Assembly (NCBI RefSeq): GCF_964204865.1
Contig: NC_135254.1
Coordinates: 11,842,001 to 11,906,000 of the forward strand
Reading direction: 5' to 3'
Source: Styela clava
Lineage: Eukaryota
DNA: 64,000 nt
Shown: positions 25,502 through 38,951 of the stretch, piece by piece
How the letters are laid out: every line of letters begins with the position of its first letter
Numbering within the stretch: position 1 is the first letter of the stretch
Position numbers and translations under genes: made by a program
Notes under the pieces: generated by a model
The model's input: the letters and a program-made list of their open reading frames with translations, nothing else
What the model was told of the DNA's origin: nothing
Databases searched by the model: none

Positions 25502-28500
25502 TCAACGAATGATTTGTGTATCGTCTTCGAGAACACAAAATACAAAAATGATATAAAATTCTCCTAATCATAAGTTCCGGGATGAATTCAATGATATTGT
25601 TCTGATACCAATTGGCGCACTCGATGGAATAGAAGATGCTATTTTTGTGAGCCATCTCACTTGTTTACCACAATCTCAATCGCATACCAAAGTGGAAACC
25701 CAATGGTGGAAAATTCTTACTATGAGTTACATATTATGTAATGAAACACAAGATTAAGCTTACCAGCAATAGAGCTTCGTAATCCGTCAAATATGATAGC
25801 TTTAATTGGTCCCGAATCTACAAAGTTCGTGTTTTCGTCAATTCGATTGGCATATGTTTCCAATCTATCTATAACCTTGTTAATAAAATCGGCGTCCGTT
25901 TTTGCCATTTTGGCAAGTCTTCTAGTTTCCATCAGTCCTGAAAACGTGGAAATACAAAGAGAATAAAATTTACAAGTTCCCAAGTTTAGTTCCTAAAATT
26001 TTCAGTCATTGCTCATTCTTGCCAGACTGCATTGTTTTAGCTATTGAGTTTAGCTGCGGTTGTCGATTTAGAATATATGTAATAAATAGAAAGATATGCG
26101 AAGGGCATTGTATTTCAGAATGATGAGATGATAATTTGTCTTTCACGGTGTGGATTATAATATTTTTAGAGGTAATACCCCATATAATGCTCCCAATTAT
26201 TACTCACGTTTTGTGTGGCTATCTTCAAATATTACCACTTCGTTGCTCTTTGTACATTTTTTTCCCAAAAACTTCATCAAGACGTAACTCTAAAAGTGTT
26301 CAAACATGGAAAGCTTGAAAATCTAATTTATCCCCAAAATTAATACCGAAGAGTAACATATTACGATTGAGTATTAATACTTATTTCAAATAATTCCATA
26401 TACAATTATCTCTTTGTGTTTAAAATATCTGGGCCGAATATGTAAATAATACAGTTAGAATAGTTGTGTTGTTTATAACATATTACTTCAACAGGAAAAT
26501 CTTTACAGTGTATTAACCATTTCATCGTCGGTATTTCTTCAGGCGAACACACTTTGGTGACTTTTTTGCAGAATGATCTAAACATCGAAATGGGTAAATA
26601 AAGCTCAAAGTTTAGCAAAGACCAATCAAAACTGTTTATGATTTCAAATATTTCAAAATTTAAACCTGCATGGTTGATCCATTCCACAAGGCGAATAGTA
26701 AGCCAAACAGATGAATCTTTCGAGGACGTATCTGCACTCAACCTGAAATGCATGAACAAAATAAATTTCAGCAACAGTGTGGCTGTCTATAAAAACTCTA
26801 TATAAACCATGGTGGATTTGATATGGTCTATCGAGGCAGATGAGTTATATTCCGATGATAAAATGTATAGGCCTACACCAAAAATGAATAAAGATTGGAG
26901 GTATATGATGGCTATCTCACCGACACGTGATTGGCGAGGTTGTCCATCCATTTTATCAAGTTTTGACGATAGGTATCATAAGACGTATTCCCAATTATTG
27001 TCCTTGTAGTATTGTAGCCAAAGTATTTGCACATCGGAACATCTAGTTTTTCACATTCTAGGTATTTGGTTGTAAAATTCATGTCTACATAGCAAACTTA
27101 ATATAACAACCACAAACCATGATTGAAAATATGATATAACATAACACATTTGACGAGAAAACGATATGGAACATTGTTTAAAATTTACTTACGCCTTTCT
27201 GTGGTTTGTTTCGAATCGATACATTTCTATTGAAAATATAAAATAAAATACATTTGCTCACGTAATTTACTAAGGGCGTACTACTAAGACCAGTGAGGGT
27301 TGAATCCCAAATAATTTGATACCAAAAACCAATCACTACGATTTTTCTTAATTGCAAGTCTTGAAACGGACAGTATTCGACCATAACGAGATAAAAACAT
27401 TTCAAATTATAAAAGAAATCACAGGTTTGGGTATTTGAAGGCTTGTCCATGGGAATGGGATGGGACAGCACACATTTGTATTTCCCATGAGACACAAAAA
27501 CCGTATGATTTTCGGGGAAATGATGGTAAAACATTTCGTTATGGATTTCGTGTCCATATATTTGAGCATAGCCCTCTTGTTAGTTATGAAGACCAAAACA
27601 TATTTAGCATTGCAAATATACTTCGTGAAGGGGCTGATGGACACATGCATCATAGTAAGAAATATACAGTTAACAAAGTCGGACGCTAAACCTAAATTTA
27701 ACAATTTTTATTGAATATTATTATAATGGGAATCCCATGGGATGGGACAGGCATAATTGCTATGGGATGTATAAGGAATGAGAGAGAAAAAATGTCCCAT
27801 GGACAAGCCTGGGTATTTGCTTTATTTATATATATTTGTAATGCTCCGTATTCAAAATATTTACCAATAAACGTTTTTAAGGAATACTCACTGTCTCGGA
27901 AAAGTTTTCACAAGACAAAGACGACGGCCACGTAAATCCGAAACTCTGCATTGCGCTGTAGCAGAATCGTTTAGCTTCTTCGCACATGGACCTGTACAAA
28001 AGACTTAAAAAAGTGTTCCGCTGAACAAATACAAGATTTCAGAAAAACTCTCTTAAATCATGTCGAGTAAATTAATCATCCAATACTCATACTTATCCTG
28101 TACTCGGGGGCGAGTCAAACTTTTCTGCTACCCGGGGCGTGTTCCTGATAATGATGCCTTTTATACTTAACTTGCAAAATAACTTGGGAGATAAACAAAT
28201 TATAGATGTGCATGGTTATACATGATGATAATCAAATGTCAAATAATCGTGAAATTTTTGTATTATTATTATTTAAATCAGGGCTTCCCAAATATATTTT
28301 AAAATTTTTCACGGCCCGTGTTCACGCTAATTAGTTCGAAATATGCATTTTTGATATTTTATTGACACCGCTAATTCTTAACTTCTAGTAGGGCTACTCA
28401 AAAATAAAAAACAAACACACATATACTCAGATTAACGTTATTCGATATATTGGGTGCGAATGCTTTTTGCGACATAAAAGTTCAGCCGTGCCGCAATGTT

Positions 28501-31500
28501 TGTTTGTGTAGGCCTAAATGATGAATTACGATGTCTGGCCACCGAGGGCCTGGTCCTTATGCGGAATTGTTCACTCTTATTGATCAAACTTAGCATAAGG
28601 CAGCGGTTTGTGCGCACCAAACTATCAGGGAAAACACTAATGGCGCACCTCCACGAAAAATATGCTGCCGCAAAATAAAACACAATTTTGTCATCCTTAA
28701 TAATATGTACTTTATGCCTTTTGAGGTTTATAAACATGTAGGCCTAAGGAATAAAAGCAAAAAGTTAACTTTTTTTCTTAACTCTGCCTAGTTTTATCTT
28801 TAAATTGCTTAATACTCACTCATGTACGATAACTCGGTTCAGAAATGAATAAACTGCGACCTACGAAATTGCAGCATGCAGGGTATCTGTTATCGTAACA
28901 ATATACCCACGTAACAGAAAGAAAACACCAGAGAACGGTAAAATGAATTTGATTCATATACACATCATTTTCATTAATGAGAAACAATAAAACATTTAGA
29001 ATAATAAAATATGTGATATGTTTCGAGGCGTACTTAGCAAATCGCCTTCCGGAACCGCTAGCTTAGTTATTAAACCCGGCGTTGTTACGCAAGCACACGA
29101 ATCGGATCTTGCGATCAGAATATGCATTGGTATGCAAGCGCGATGATTCTACCGTGTTTCCCCAAAAGTTTCCCCCAAAAAGCCTAAATTTTAAAAATGA
29201 TTTTAATAATATGAAGCGAAAAAAGATTTCGTCGATAGCGCATTTTTTTACCTAGTCCCATGAAAGTGCGTCGTTCCAATTCTGCTAGGCCGTCGCAAAA
29301 TTTAGTGATGGTGTTATAATAAATAGGTTTAATTCTGAAAATTCGGGTTTCTGTAGATAAAGATTATTTTTCCCTGGTTCAAAAAGCGTTGCGCACCCCA
29401 TCCTCCTTGCGATTTCGTATTTATATAAGACAAGCTTTTCTACCATGGCAACAACTACTGAGTCCTAGTCGATAGAAAGAAATCTTTTCTACTTTTTAAA
29501 ATGTGAATGCTCAATAATATAAATGTAGCAGTTATTTTAAATGAAAACGTGGTATTAAATTAGTAAATAAAAACCGGTATTCATATTTTGTATATTAAAA
29601 AATCTCGTTATCATCTACATCCCCAAAAAATGAGCCCTAGTGTTCGGAAGAAACTATTATTAATCACTATTTCTAATAATTGTATTTCGAATCAAGAGTC
29701 TGTAAAAGTACAATTGATATAGTACTTTGTGTAAAATTGGTGTTTTCTTTGCGGCCTCTAGACATGCCTCTGCCTGTATCGCACTTTACTGAATTAAAAA
29801 TATGACGTAATTTACCTGCAAGGATATATCACTTCGTGGGTTGGCGTACATTCTGGTAGATAGGAATAGCAGAGGAACTCTTGAAGATATTTGGAACATC
29901 CTATCTAAAAGTGAGTTATACATAAATAAACTATATAGTCAAATAGTTCCATCACGGGCACATAATGCATGTAAATATGAATTTCACATCACCGAGATCA
30001 ACATGCGTAATGAGAGCACTTTGTCAAATATTGATGCTATTATATAAATGTACCAACTATTTTTCATCTTTTGCTAAATATTTTGAAATTAAACTATGTA
30101 TATATATATGTATACGACTATATTCACACGGATTGCTCTACAGTGGCACATATCTAAAATTAGGTATAAAAATAGCTCAATATACAACAAATCTTCTATA
30201 ACAGATTCTTAGCGACACGTGAATATAAATACCATACGATTTTGCCACTTCATTGCATTATCAATGAATTAAATATAAAGATCATCTGAAATACCTGTAT
30301 TAAGGGATAAAACTGATGCAGCTCCAGTGTTGCGTCAGATTGCCGTTCAAACCTAGCAGTTGGAAAGCTGGTGAAGTTGTATTCCATGTTTCGGCACATA
30401 GTGGATTCAATAGGTTCACAATTTATAGCTGTTTATTTTTTATTTTAAACAGTAATGAAATGGATACAATGAAAATATTTTTTTTTTTAATGTCAATTTC
30501 ACAGCAAATGAGAATTTTTAGATTCATTAAACAGTGCAGGCATAGAGAACACACGGGAATTTTTCCTGTGGTTTTATTTTGCCTTTTTTATTTCAAATCA
30601 AGTGTGATGTTATGTAAATTTGCGCAAAAATACACGTTGTTGCTATATACAAAATGGTATTTCATTTCGTGGTACAATCAATGAACTACTCTGAGTAGAT
30701 AGTTTGAAATTCATTCCAAATCACACCACATAGTAAATTTGACGTAAAAACGATAAACCAAGATTGGAAACATTATTGAATTCACATATTTGCTGAAAAA
30801 AACTATATGAAACAATTGGCCAACAAATTTACTCACGTCTTGCAGTAGATTGTTGAGAATCGAGAGCTTTGCAATTCTGATCACGAGAAAAAGAATAGTT
30901 TACTTCGTTAAGTAGTTTTAATAAAACAACAAAAACTATCGAGCGGTAAATACCAATAAAAAATGACGTGATGTTTATTGAAAAACAATCACAAATAATC
31001 AATTGCGACACGTTTTTATTCGAAATTGCAAGTAACTATACCAAACGCGTCTTGAAGCTGATGGTATTCGGATAAAACAAGATGGAAACATTTTAATTCA
31101 AATTAGTTACAACTTTGGCGTATGCGCCGTGTTCGAAATATTTACTAATGCTAGTACTTAAAGAATACTCACAGTTTCAGAAAAGTTTTCACATGACAAA
31201 ACCGACGGCCACGAAAATCCGAATTTTTCCATTATGTCTTCACAGCCTGGTTTAGCTTCTTCGCACATAGACCTGTACCAAAAAGAACAAAAACCTAATG
31301 TATAAGATCAGGGCAGGATTTACCATTTGGTGGGATAGACTGAAGCACAGTTGCCACAAACAATAGGTGTCTCGATATTCAATCCTGAGTCGTTTTTAAA
31401 TTTCAGAGGCTTGTTTCAAATATAAACGGTTTGAAATTCTAAACTTATATTCATATTTTTTAAATCAGGTTAATAATTTGTGTCGTAATAATTTGCTTTT

Positions 31501-32858
31501 AAAAGAGTAAAAAATCGAATATGCTCGAATAAATAAATTTTATAAACTCAAATATACTAATTTCAACTACTTGAACAGTTTTTATCCTAACAATGACTTA
31601 TGATTTTATGAAAGGAATAAGAAAATATTGATATTTAGATATACTAAAATAGCTACGCAACAACATATCTAAGCCCCGTAACAAACTTAAAGTGCCGGTT
31701 GAGTTACATTTTAATTAATTATGCTAATCCTTCATTGCACCAAACTGAATGAAAAATATGACTAAATTACCTGCAAGGGTAAATCACTTCGTGGCTAGCC
31801 GTACATTCTGGTAGATAGGTATAACAAAGAAACTCTTGAATGCTTTCTGAACATCCTATCTAAACGTGAGTTATATATAAATAGTTGTTACCAAGTGGTG
31901 GCTAATATAGTAAGTTACAAACAAAAAATTCTAATATTGCTCTATCAAGCAAACAAACAGTATGTAAATATTAATTTAACATTGCCAAGGTCAACATTCG
32001 CAATAAGAACACATTTCAAAAGCTGATGTTATTATATTATGTAAACAAATGTTTGCTTTGTGTCAAATGCTTCGAAACCAAGCTGTGTATATATAAGCCT
32101 GCAAATCATTTCGTGTATGGATATATATATTTATCATAAATACTAAGATACCTTAACCAATGGATAAAATTGATGTAACTCTAGTACTGCGTCAGCTTGT
32201 CTTTTAAATCGAGCAGTTGGAAAGCTGGTGAAGTTGTATTCCATGTTTTGGCACATTACGTATTCCACAGGTTCACAACTGATTTCTTAAATTGATTTTA
32301 ATTTAAAATGCGAGTGAAATATTTACAAAATTAGGTAATGTTCTAAGTGATACAAAATCACATGTGCAGCAAGACTCTTGAATAGTTTAGAATAGCTATC
32401 TTCACTCTTGCAACAGCATCCTTGCATTATATGCATACGGATCCACCGGCGCAAGAGCATAGAAGACGGAGCTAGTCTCGTAGAAACCCAATCGTTTGGT
32501 AATGTTGTCTAAAATTTAATACACTTCGTGGTATTCAGTACTCGTTTTTAATTGGCTATAGTTCCCCTGCTCTAGAATATCAAAAAATCTGACAATATTA
32601 TATACAACGGAAGTCATGGATGGGTATTTTAAAATTGCGAAACTAGTTACATGTAGTAAATTAGGTGTCTGAGATTATGTACTTAGTGACTTCAAAGTTC
32701 GATAACATTGCCTGTTTTGAGCTATTTTACCCAGCGTTTATTAAATAAAACTGGGGCTTACCATTATTACCTGTTGTCTGTTGTTTTTCTGTTACTATGC
32801 AATGTAACAAACATAAAAGTAGCTGAATTGCAACGATTAAGTGACTCGCTGTGTTCAT
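25502..32858 (-). CDS. Secreted protein with three tandem Frizzled cysteine-rich domains (CRDs), ~470 aa
   Basis: Hand-spliced phase-consistent exons: 32858-32771 ([23 protein letters not shown] signal peptide); CRD1 32285-32152, 31859-31771, 31272-31173, 30876-30837; CRD2 30428-30295, 29904-29816, 27991-27892, 27226-27193; CRD3 27084 (or 27057)-26921, 26742-26666, 26577-26487, 26289-26208; tail 25937-25764; last exon uncertain (25524-25502, DDTQIIR*). CRD1 = [20 protein letters not shown]...[29 protein letters not shown]...[38 protein letters not shown]; each CRD has 10 Cys in Frizzled spacing. Confidence 0.88.
27438..27811. mobile_element. hAT-type MITE in an intron of the CRD gene
   Basis: TIRs aggcttgtccatggga / tcccatggacaagcct; perfect 8-bp TSD ggtatttg (27430-27437, 27812-27819). 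Confidence 0.9.
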
Positions 32859-33930
32859 CGTTTGTGAGATTTGGAATATGAATCCCTCCTTGAAACGAGA
32901 ATACTTTTCCAGACACGGTTTGCTCGTATTTCTAATTGTTCACTGCAATGTACGAATACTTAACAATTTGAACGATATCAGGTTACTGCTTATTGAAATA
33001 TCGGAATACGAATCAAGATATTAACAAATTTCAACCTCAAATGTCGCATACAGAGGCGCATGAAATGAACTACATAACACAATACGGTTAAACCCCAACA
33101 GCTAGCCCTAATTGCACAAAACTAGGTAGTATACTTTGCCTACATTGTTTAGCAACCATAGATTTATAAAAATCACAACCTTTTTAAAATACTAATTACG
33201 GAATATTGCCCCGCAATCACATGTCTTGAATTGCTGCCAAATTTACCTCATTTCAAAAAAAAAATTCAGTATTCAGCAAAACGTGATTTTCAAAATAGAA
33301 ATGAAGTCGTTTGTATTTCACGCAATGCCTCCGGTATGTAATATGCCAACAATTTCCTCGATATGATCTTTGAAAAGTTCCCCAGCTTTTTCGCGGGTAA
33401 ATTTATTCTGGTTAAATAAATATAATGTCACGGAAATAATCAACTATAAATTTTTTATTTGCAGATTTACAATTGATTTATTTTTAATAATAATAAACTG
33501 TATAATAATATCCACTGAAGTGGATATGTATGGTTTTATCGTGGAGTGATTTTTTAACATCACAGCACGTAACACATTACTCTTTACGCATTACTTGAAT
33601 TTACGTAGGCATTTACGTTACGCGTCGTGTATTCGACATATTACGCTGTCGATTGTCGTGTCTCATTTAATGCATGGTACAATGCGTCACGAAATGACAA
33701 ACCGTAGCTGCATACAAAGTTTCGTTTTTGTCGGCACTTTTGTTTAGTCAGACGGCGAATGCAGCCATACAATCAATGCTTGTGCAAACTATTCAAACCG
33801 CATTAAGTAGTCAGCCATATTGGGTGACGATGGTAAAACATTCAAACCAAAGCAAGTAGTCAGCCACACAACACAACCGCGTCGACAGTAAAAATTTATT
33901 CTGAAGTATACCTGTTTCAAAAGAACTGAA

Positions 33931-36418
33931 ATGATACACGGGGATAATCAGGTGAGTAATCAATTTATTGTTGTGTATACTGGTACCTGGCTGGTATGAC
34001 TAGTTTGATATTAACTATTTTGAATTTGTACTGTACTTTTTTTTATTACACACTTGGTTGTTTGCTTTTTTAAAACCGGTACATACTTTTGTACGTTTCG
34101 TTGTATTTCAGCAAATATTCGTATATTGTTATCTGAGAGTGACTATTACAGCTAAGCCCCTTTGTTTTACATTGCATATAAAATAATTCAGCAATGATCA
34201 AGTTATGTTAGACACGTATGGGCTGAATAACGTTAATGTAGCAAAGTCAGCTTTTATAGCAAAGATCAATATCCAGCGTGTATTTAAGTATTATATATTG
34301 CATTATATATAAATATTATTGCATTTGGATCAGAAATTTGACCCGGAAATAGATCACATGTATATGCCAAGTAAGTGGTCTAAGCGGCACCAATGCGAAC
34401 AAATATTTTTGACGTACTTAACCAAAGAATCCAGTGACCTACGGGATGTATTGAAAGACTGGGTAGAGGTCGTGCGATATGGAAAGGGTCAAAAACAAAT
34501 TTTTGAAATTTTACGGGACCCGGAAGTGAAGGAAGGTAAATATAACAAATATCTATCTATAACAAACTTTTTAGTAACTAAATCAAGAAACATACTAAAA
34601 ATTTAACACTGACTGAAAACCGCTCAACTTCGCATATTCCACAAAACAGTCAATCATATATGTATTGAATTCTATCTATCCCTACAAGGAATTGCTAATC
34701 CATGCAAAAATAAAAGTAGACTGCTAAAGTCACCATCTCAGGAACACTTCGCTACCATTCTCTGTGAATCTTTCCCAATATAGTTTGTTTTTCAGATGCC
34801 CCAATTATGATCTTCTTGCACGGTGGATACTGGGTCGAATCAGAGTAAGTATAATATTGTGCTTATACGTAATTTCACAGTAAACGATTAATAGTCTTTA
34901 CTTTTACATATTCTTTTCCATTCAAGTCGGGAGATATACCTTATTTGTGCCGAACCTGCAGCCAAAAGAGGATTTATAGGAATCGTTGTGGGGTATGATC
35001 AAGCACCAGACGGTGAGTCGTACGGCTATTTAAATTAGAGGAGCGGTCGCTCTAATTCTCAAGAGGAGTACGGAGACAGCAGAGGCTTAAGTTTTGCGCA
35101 CATAAAACGATTCTTGCCATTTAGTCTTGTTTTTGTTTATTTTGCAGTTTCTCTGACCACAATTGTCAACGAAATTCGAGATGCTTATTTGTTTCTATCA
35201 AGAAGATACACAAAATGCCCCAGTATTACTTTATTGGGTCATTCAGCTGGGGGTCATTTGGGGTCAATGCTCATGGCTACAAACTGGAAAGAGTATAATA
35301 CGTCTGGAGAAAAATTAATTCCAATTAAAAGACTTGTATCTTTGGCTCCGGTACTTGACTTGAGGCCAGTCGTTCATATTAGCTACAATTCATATCTCCA
35401 TTTAACAGAGTAAGTAATAGCACAGTAAAAATTTATAATAAATCAGCGAAAAATGTTTCTATAGGAGTGCTTGACAAAGGCCAGAAATTTGAAACTAACT
35501 GCAATTAGGTTGAATCAGTTCAATTCCGTTTGTCAGTTTATACCAAGAAATTTAAAAAGACAGGTTTGTAGATAAATTGCTTATAATATATTCACGTATC
35601 GTTTCTGTTAATAGTATATTCTCATAGACAAGATTTTTGATTTGTATTCCGTATTTTTGTAATAATGTTTGTTTGCAGCGACGAAATTACAAACTTGAGT
35701 CCACTTCAACAAGTTGAAAATTCTGTTCATAACATGAAAATATTTGGAACTAAAGTGCTATCTGTGGTTGGAGAACATGACCCACCAGTGTTAAAAAAGA
35801 AGTCCGGAGAATATGCCGAAGTAAGTATGAAAACATATAAAGTAGCAACGAAATGATTAAGTATGGTCTCAATTTGTAATTTGAATGGACTCATTCCAAA
35901 AAGGCCACAGGGTTGTAATATATAAACACTTTCAAGCACATGGTTCAAATCGACGGCTTCGCGAGTAAGTAGCAGTTAGACAACAGCCATTTCTAATAGT
36001 CACTATGCGAAAATCTGACTTTCGATTGTCTGCTTTCTTCAGGCTTTAAAGAAAAATTCAATCGACTCCAAATACTTTGAAATACCAGGCCTTGATCACT
36101 TTGAGCCAATAGAACAGATAAGAGAACCTGATTCATTTCTTGCCAAGGTAACTTTTTTGTAAGATAATTAGGATATATTTGCAGATTTTCTTTTTGTGAT
36201 TTTTCCATGGCTAATGTCTCACATATATAAAGTTATTCAACAAGACCAATGTCTTATGATATTTATTTTTTTTACTTGATTTATCAGTCACAAACACTTG
36301 TTTGGCAAATTCAATCGACACTCAATTCCTGATATTAAATACAGAATTATGTGATAAACGTATTACCGAATATTTTTTTTAATTGTAGTGCTTATTTGAC
36401 GAAGACGGACCCTTGTGA
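33931..36418 (+). CDS. AFMID: Kynurenine formamidase (arylformamidase)-like alpha/beta hydrolase
   Basis: Exons 33931-33951, 34334-34535 (YMPSKWSKR...RYG), 34796-34844 (FLHGGYW), 34927-35012 (VVGYDQAP), 35148-35409 (GHSAGGHL nucleophile elbow), 35679-35820 (LSP...VVGEHDPP), 36043-36147 (DHFE); last exon uncertain (36389-36418 or ~36288-36332). Ser-Asp-His triad present. Confidence 0.88.
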
Positions 36419-37180
36419 AGATAACTTCGAAATTTGTATTGATGCATGTACAATATTGCTGTAAATTTAGGGCTCAGGCAATGTACAAGACTCATATTAC
36501 AATAAAATGTTTCTCAGGGGGAGAAGACACAACATTCAAAGTCCAAAAGTGATTTTATGAATTCCATTTTAATTTGTTCTAGAGTTATGCAATTCTCAAA
36601 GAGTGATAACTGATTTGGGTGCTTTCTATGCATTTATGAATATTCAATCATATTCGAGAATGAGAATTTTATACAAATCGAAGTTTTTGATACTATTACC
36701 CTCTAAACTAATCATCATCAAACTAATCAACTATTTATCCCTCTTTGCTATTTTGAAGATACTGTCCTAATTGGCAGATAAAGCTCCGTTATGGAGTCAC
36801 TCGATCGTTTTATAACACAAAACCCACGATAGTTCTTCGGGCGCTGGGAAGTTTTCCAAGAAGCCAAATATTTCGCCCGGGCATTGCGCTTGAAAAAATA
36901 CTGCGAAACCGCGCAGAATTTAATATATTGTGTATGTATCGAATAAGATCAAATTTCTCATTGCATTGAAACCACATCACTTGCCTTCAACAGATACCGC
37001 TCAAAATATTTAAGTACTGAAATACACGATTGAAATACCAATAACACCCACAGTTTGTGAAATCATTGGTAAGGCTAACATGTTTTAACTGTAGTTCAAC
37101 ACTGTAGTAAAAACTTTCTGTTTAGCTATTCAGGCAAAAAAGCACAATAAAAAAAGGGAAATATGAAAATTTATTTATAT

Positions 37181-37259
37181 ACAGGGTGGGCCATAAAAAT
37201 GTTACCATTATTTACATTCTGGATGTAAAAATGGTAACCTTTGTTTGGCGCAACCTGTA
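37181..37259. mobile_element. Tiny Tc1/mariner-type MITE
   Basis: tacagggtgggcca...aaaatgttacca / tggtaacctt...tggcgcaacctgta imperfect inverted termini with TA flanks. Confidence 0.5.
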
Positions 37260-38951
37260 TATTGTATCCGGAATGAATGGAATAACTGCGACATGACCAT
37301 GGTCTACGTGTCAGTGGAGCCTTGCAATAGCTGTATAAATAAAATTTAACAATTTGTCAAAATTACCATGGTGTGAGTACACGATTTTGGACGAGATCAC
37401 CCGATCCTGGTAGCTTAAGCAGAAAAATATATCAATTGACAATAGAAAACCAGAAAATGGAAAGGATCACCATTTATAATGATGAGGCAAATATCTGTTA
37501 ACATATTGGCCCTTTCTTAGCCCTTATGCAGTGCAGAGTAGCCGTCTAACCTCTGCTCGTAAATCTACCCTTCTACCGTAAAGTGAACGACAAACTGCTC
37601 AAAAATTCGGATGCTTATTTAAAATTGAATATGATATCATGTACATCAAAATGGAAACGAAAAAAGCGTAATTAATGTTCCTTTGGGATCTCCACAACAA
37701 CAAAAAATAAAATGTATAAACGCTATTTCAGTTGGTGTGAATCGAAAATATTTAGCGTCATGCTTTGTTATCAACAAAAAACGTACGCATTGAAAATCGA
37801 AAACGCAATTTCGTGCGCAATGCGCCCTTTCACCACCTGCCGATTTCAAACGAGCCTAATTAAAATTACCGCAACAATTTTAATCCGGATGAAATAAAAT
37901 GTAATATATGTTCAACCATTTTGTACTTTATTCAATTAAATCGTATTCTTTGGGATCATAGTCGGGATAAAAGCGTCATTAATTAACATAGTCGCGCGTT
38001 TTCGTTGAATACTATTGTATTGTCGCGGACCGTATACATTTCGCAAAAAAATAAGTATATACAAGTTGGAAAAGTCAGGTCTTCTTTCACAGATGTCCTC
38101 AAAATTTCCTATTTTTAAAGCAAACTGCGGCGGACAGGATGAATTATCCTCTGTAGTTCGATGACTCATGTACTATTTATACAACACGTAATGCGATTTC
38201 GACACGAGTGGAAACATCTCAGCGATTCCTTAGGCCTAGGGGGAATTCCACCGCCCTCTTTCTTCATTTACCTCTATTCTTTTTGAAATCGCCTGTCTAT
38301 GACATTTACCACCCTAACTTTAGATCTAGAGACCAGTGTTTCCAAAACTTGATGCAATATGTTTGGTTCAGACGACAAAGTATCCTCAGCGTATTTTGGG
38401 GTTAAATGTTTGTCTTTCGAAAATTCGTATAGCCAAATGAGAGATCTGATATTGCGTCATATCTCGCACAATACTTGACCTGAAACCTGATTTACACAAG
38501 AATATCGATACAAACAGTAATAACTTTAAAATAATTTCCTAGATCGTTCATATCAAATTCCCCAATTCTCCGCGCGTTTTTGATAAGGCAGACTACCCGT
38601 AGTCTAGTGTAGAAGATTTGATGCTACTTCATTTTGGTCCTCGTGTCAATGTGTTTAGGCATTGGTTATGTGAGTGTCCTTTCTTTCTATAGCCTATTTG
38701 GCAGCACTACCAAAACCATGACTTTATTTGTCTCTGGTACTGGTGTTTTCTTCAGAGCTGCAGGCAGTGATTTCCCTACCCCCCCTATAGGGGGTGAACA
38801 CACCCCCTAAAATTTCAAACACCCCCCTAATTTTGAAGTGCGATTCGACACTGTTATTCCCATGTGCGATTCCACAGTCCACACTGTAATTCCTGACTCA
38901 ATTATAATTGTATTCAAATAAAACGACTATGGAATATTTATCAGTGTAGAT

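Noticed and set aside
27348-27359. Alternative terminal exon TCN* that would end the protein after CRD2
   Set aside because: Exon 27226-27193 ([11 protein letters not shown]) has better splice sites, is homologous to the CRD1 linker exon and leads in phase into CRD3; the short form is unsupported.
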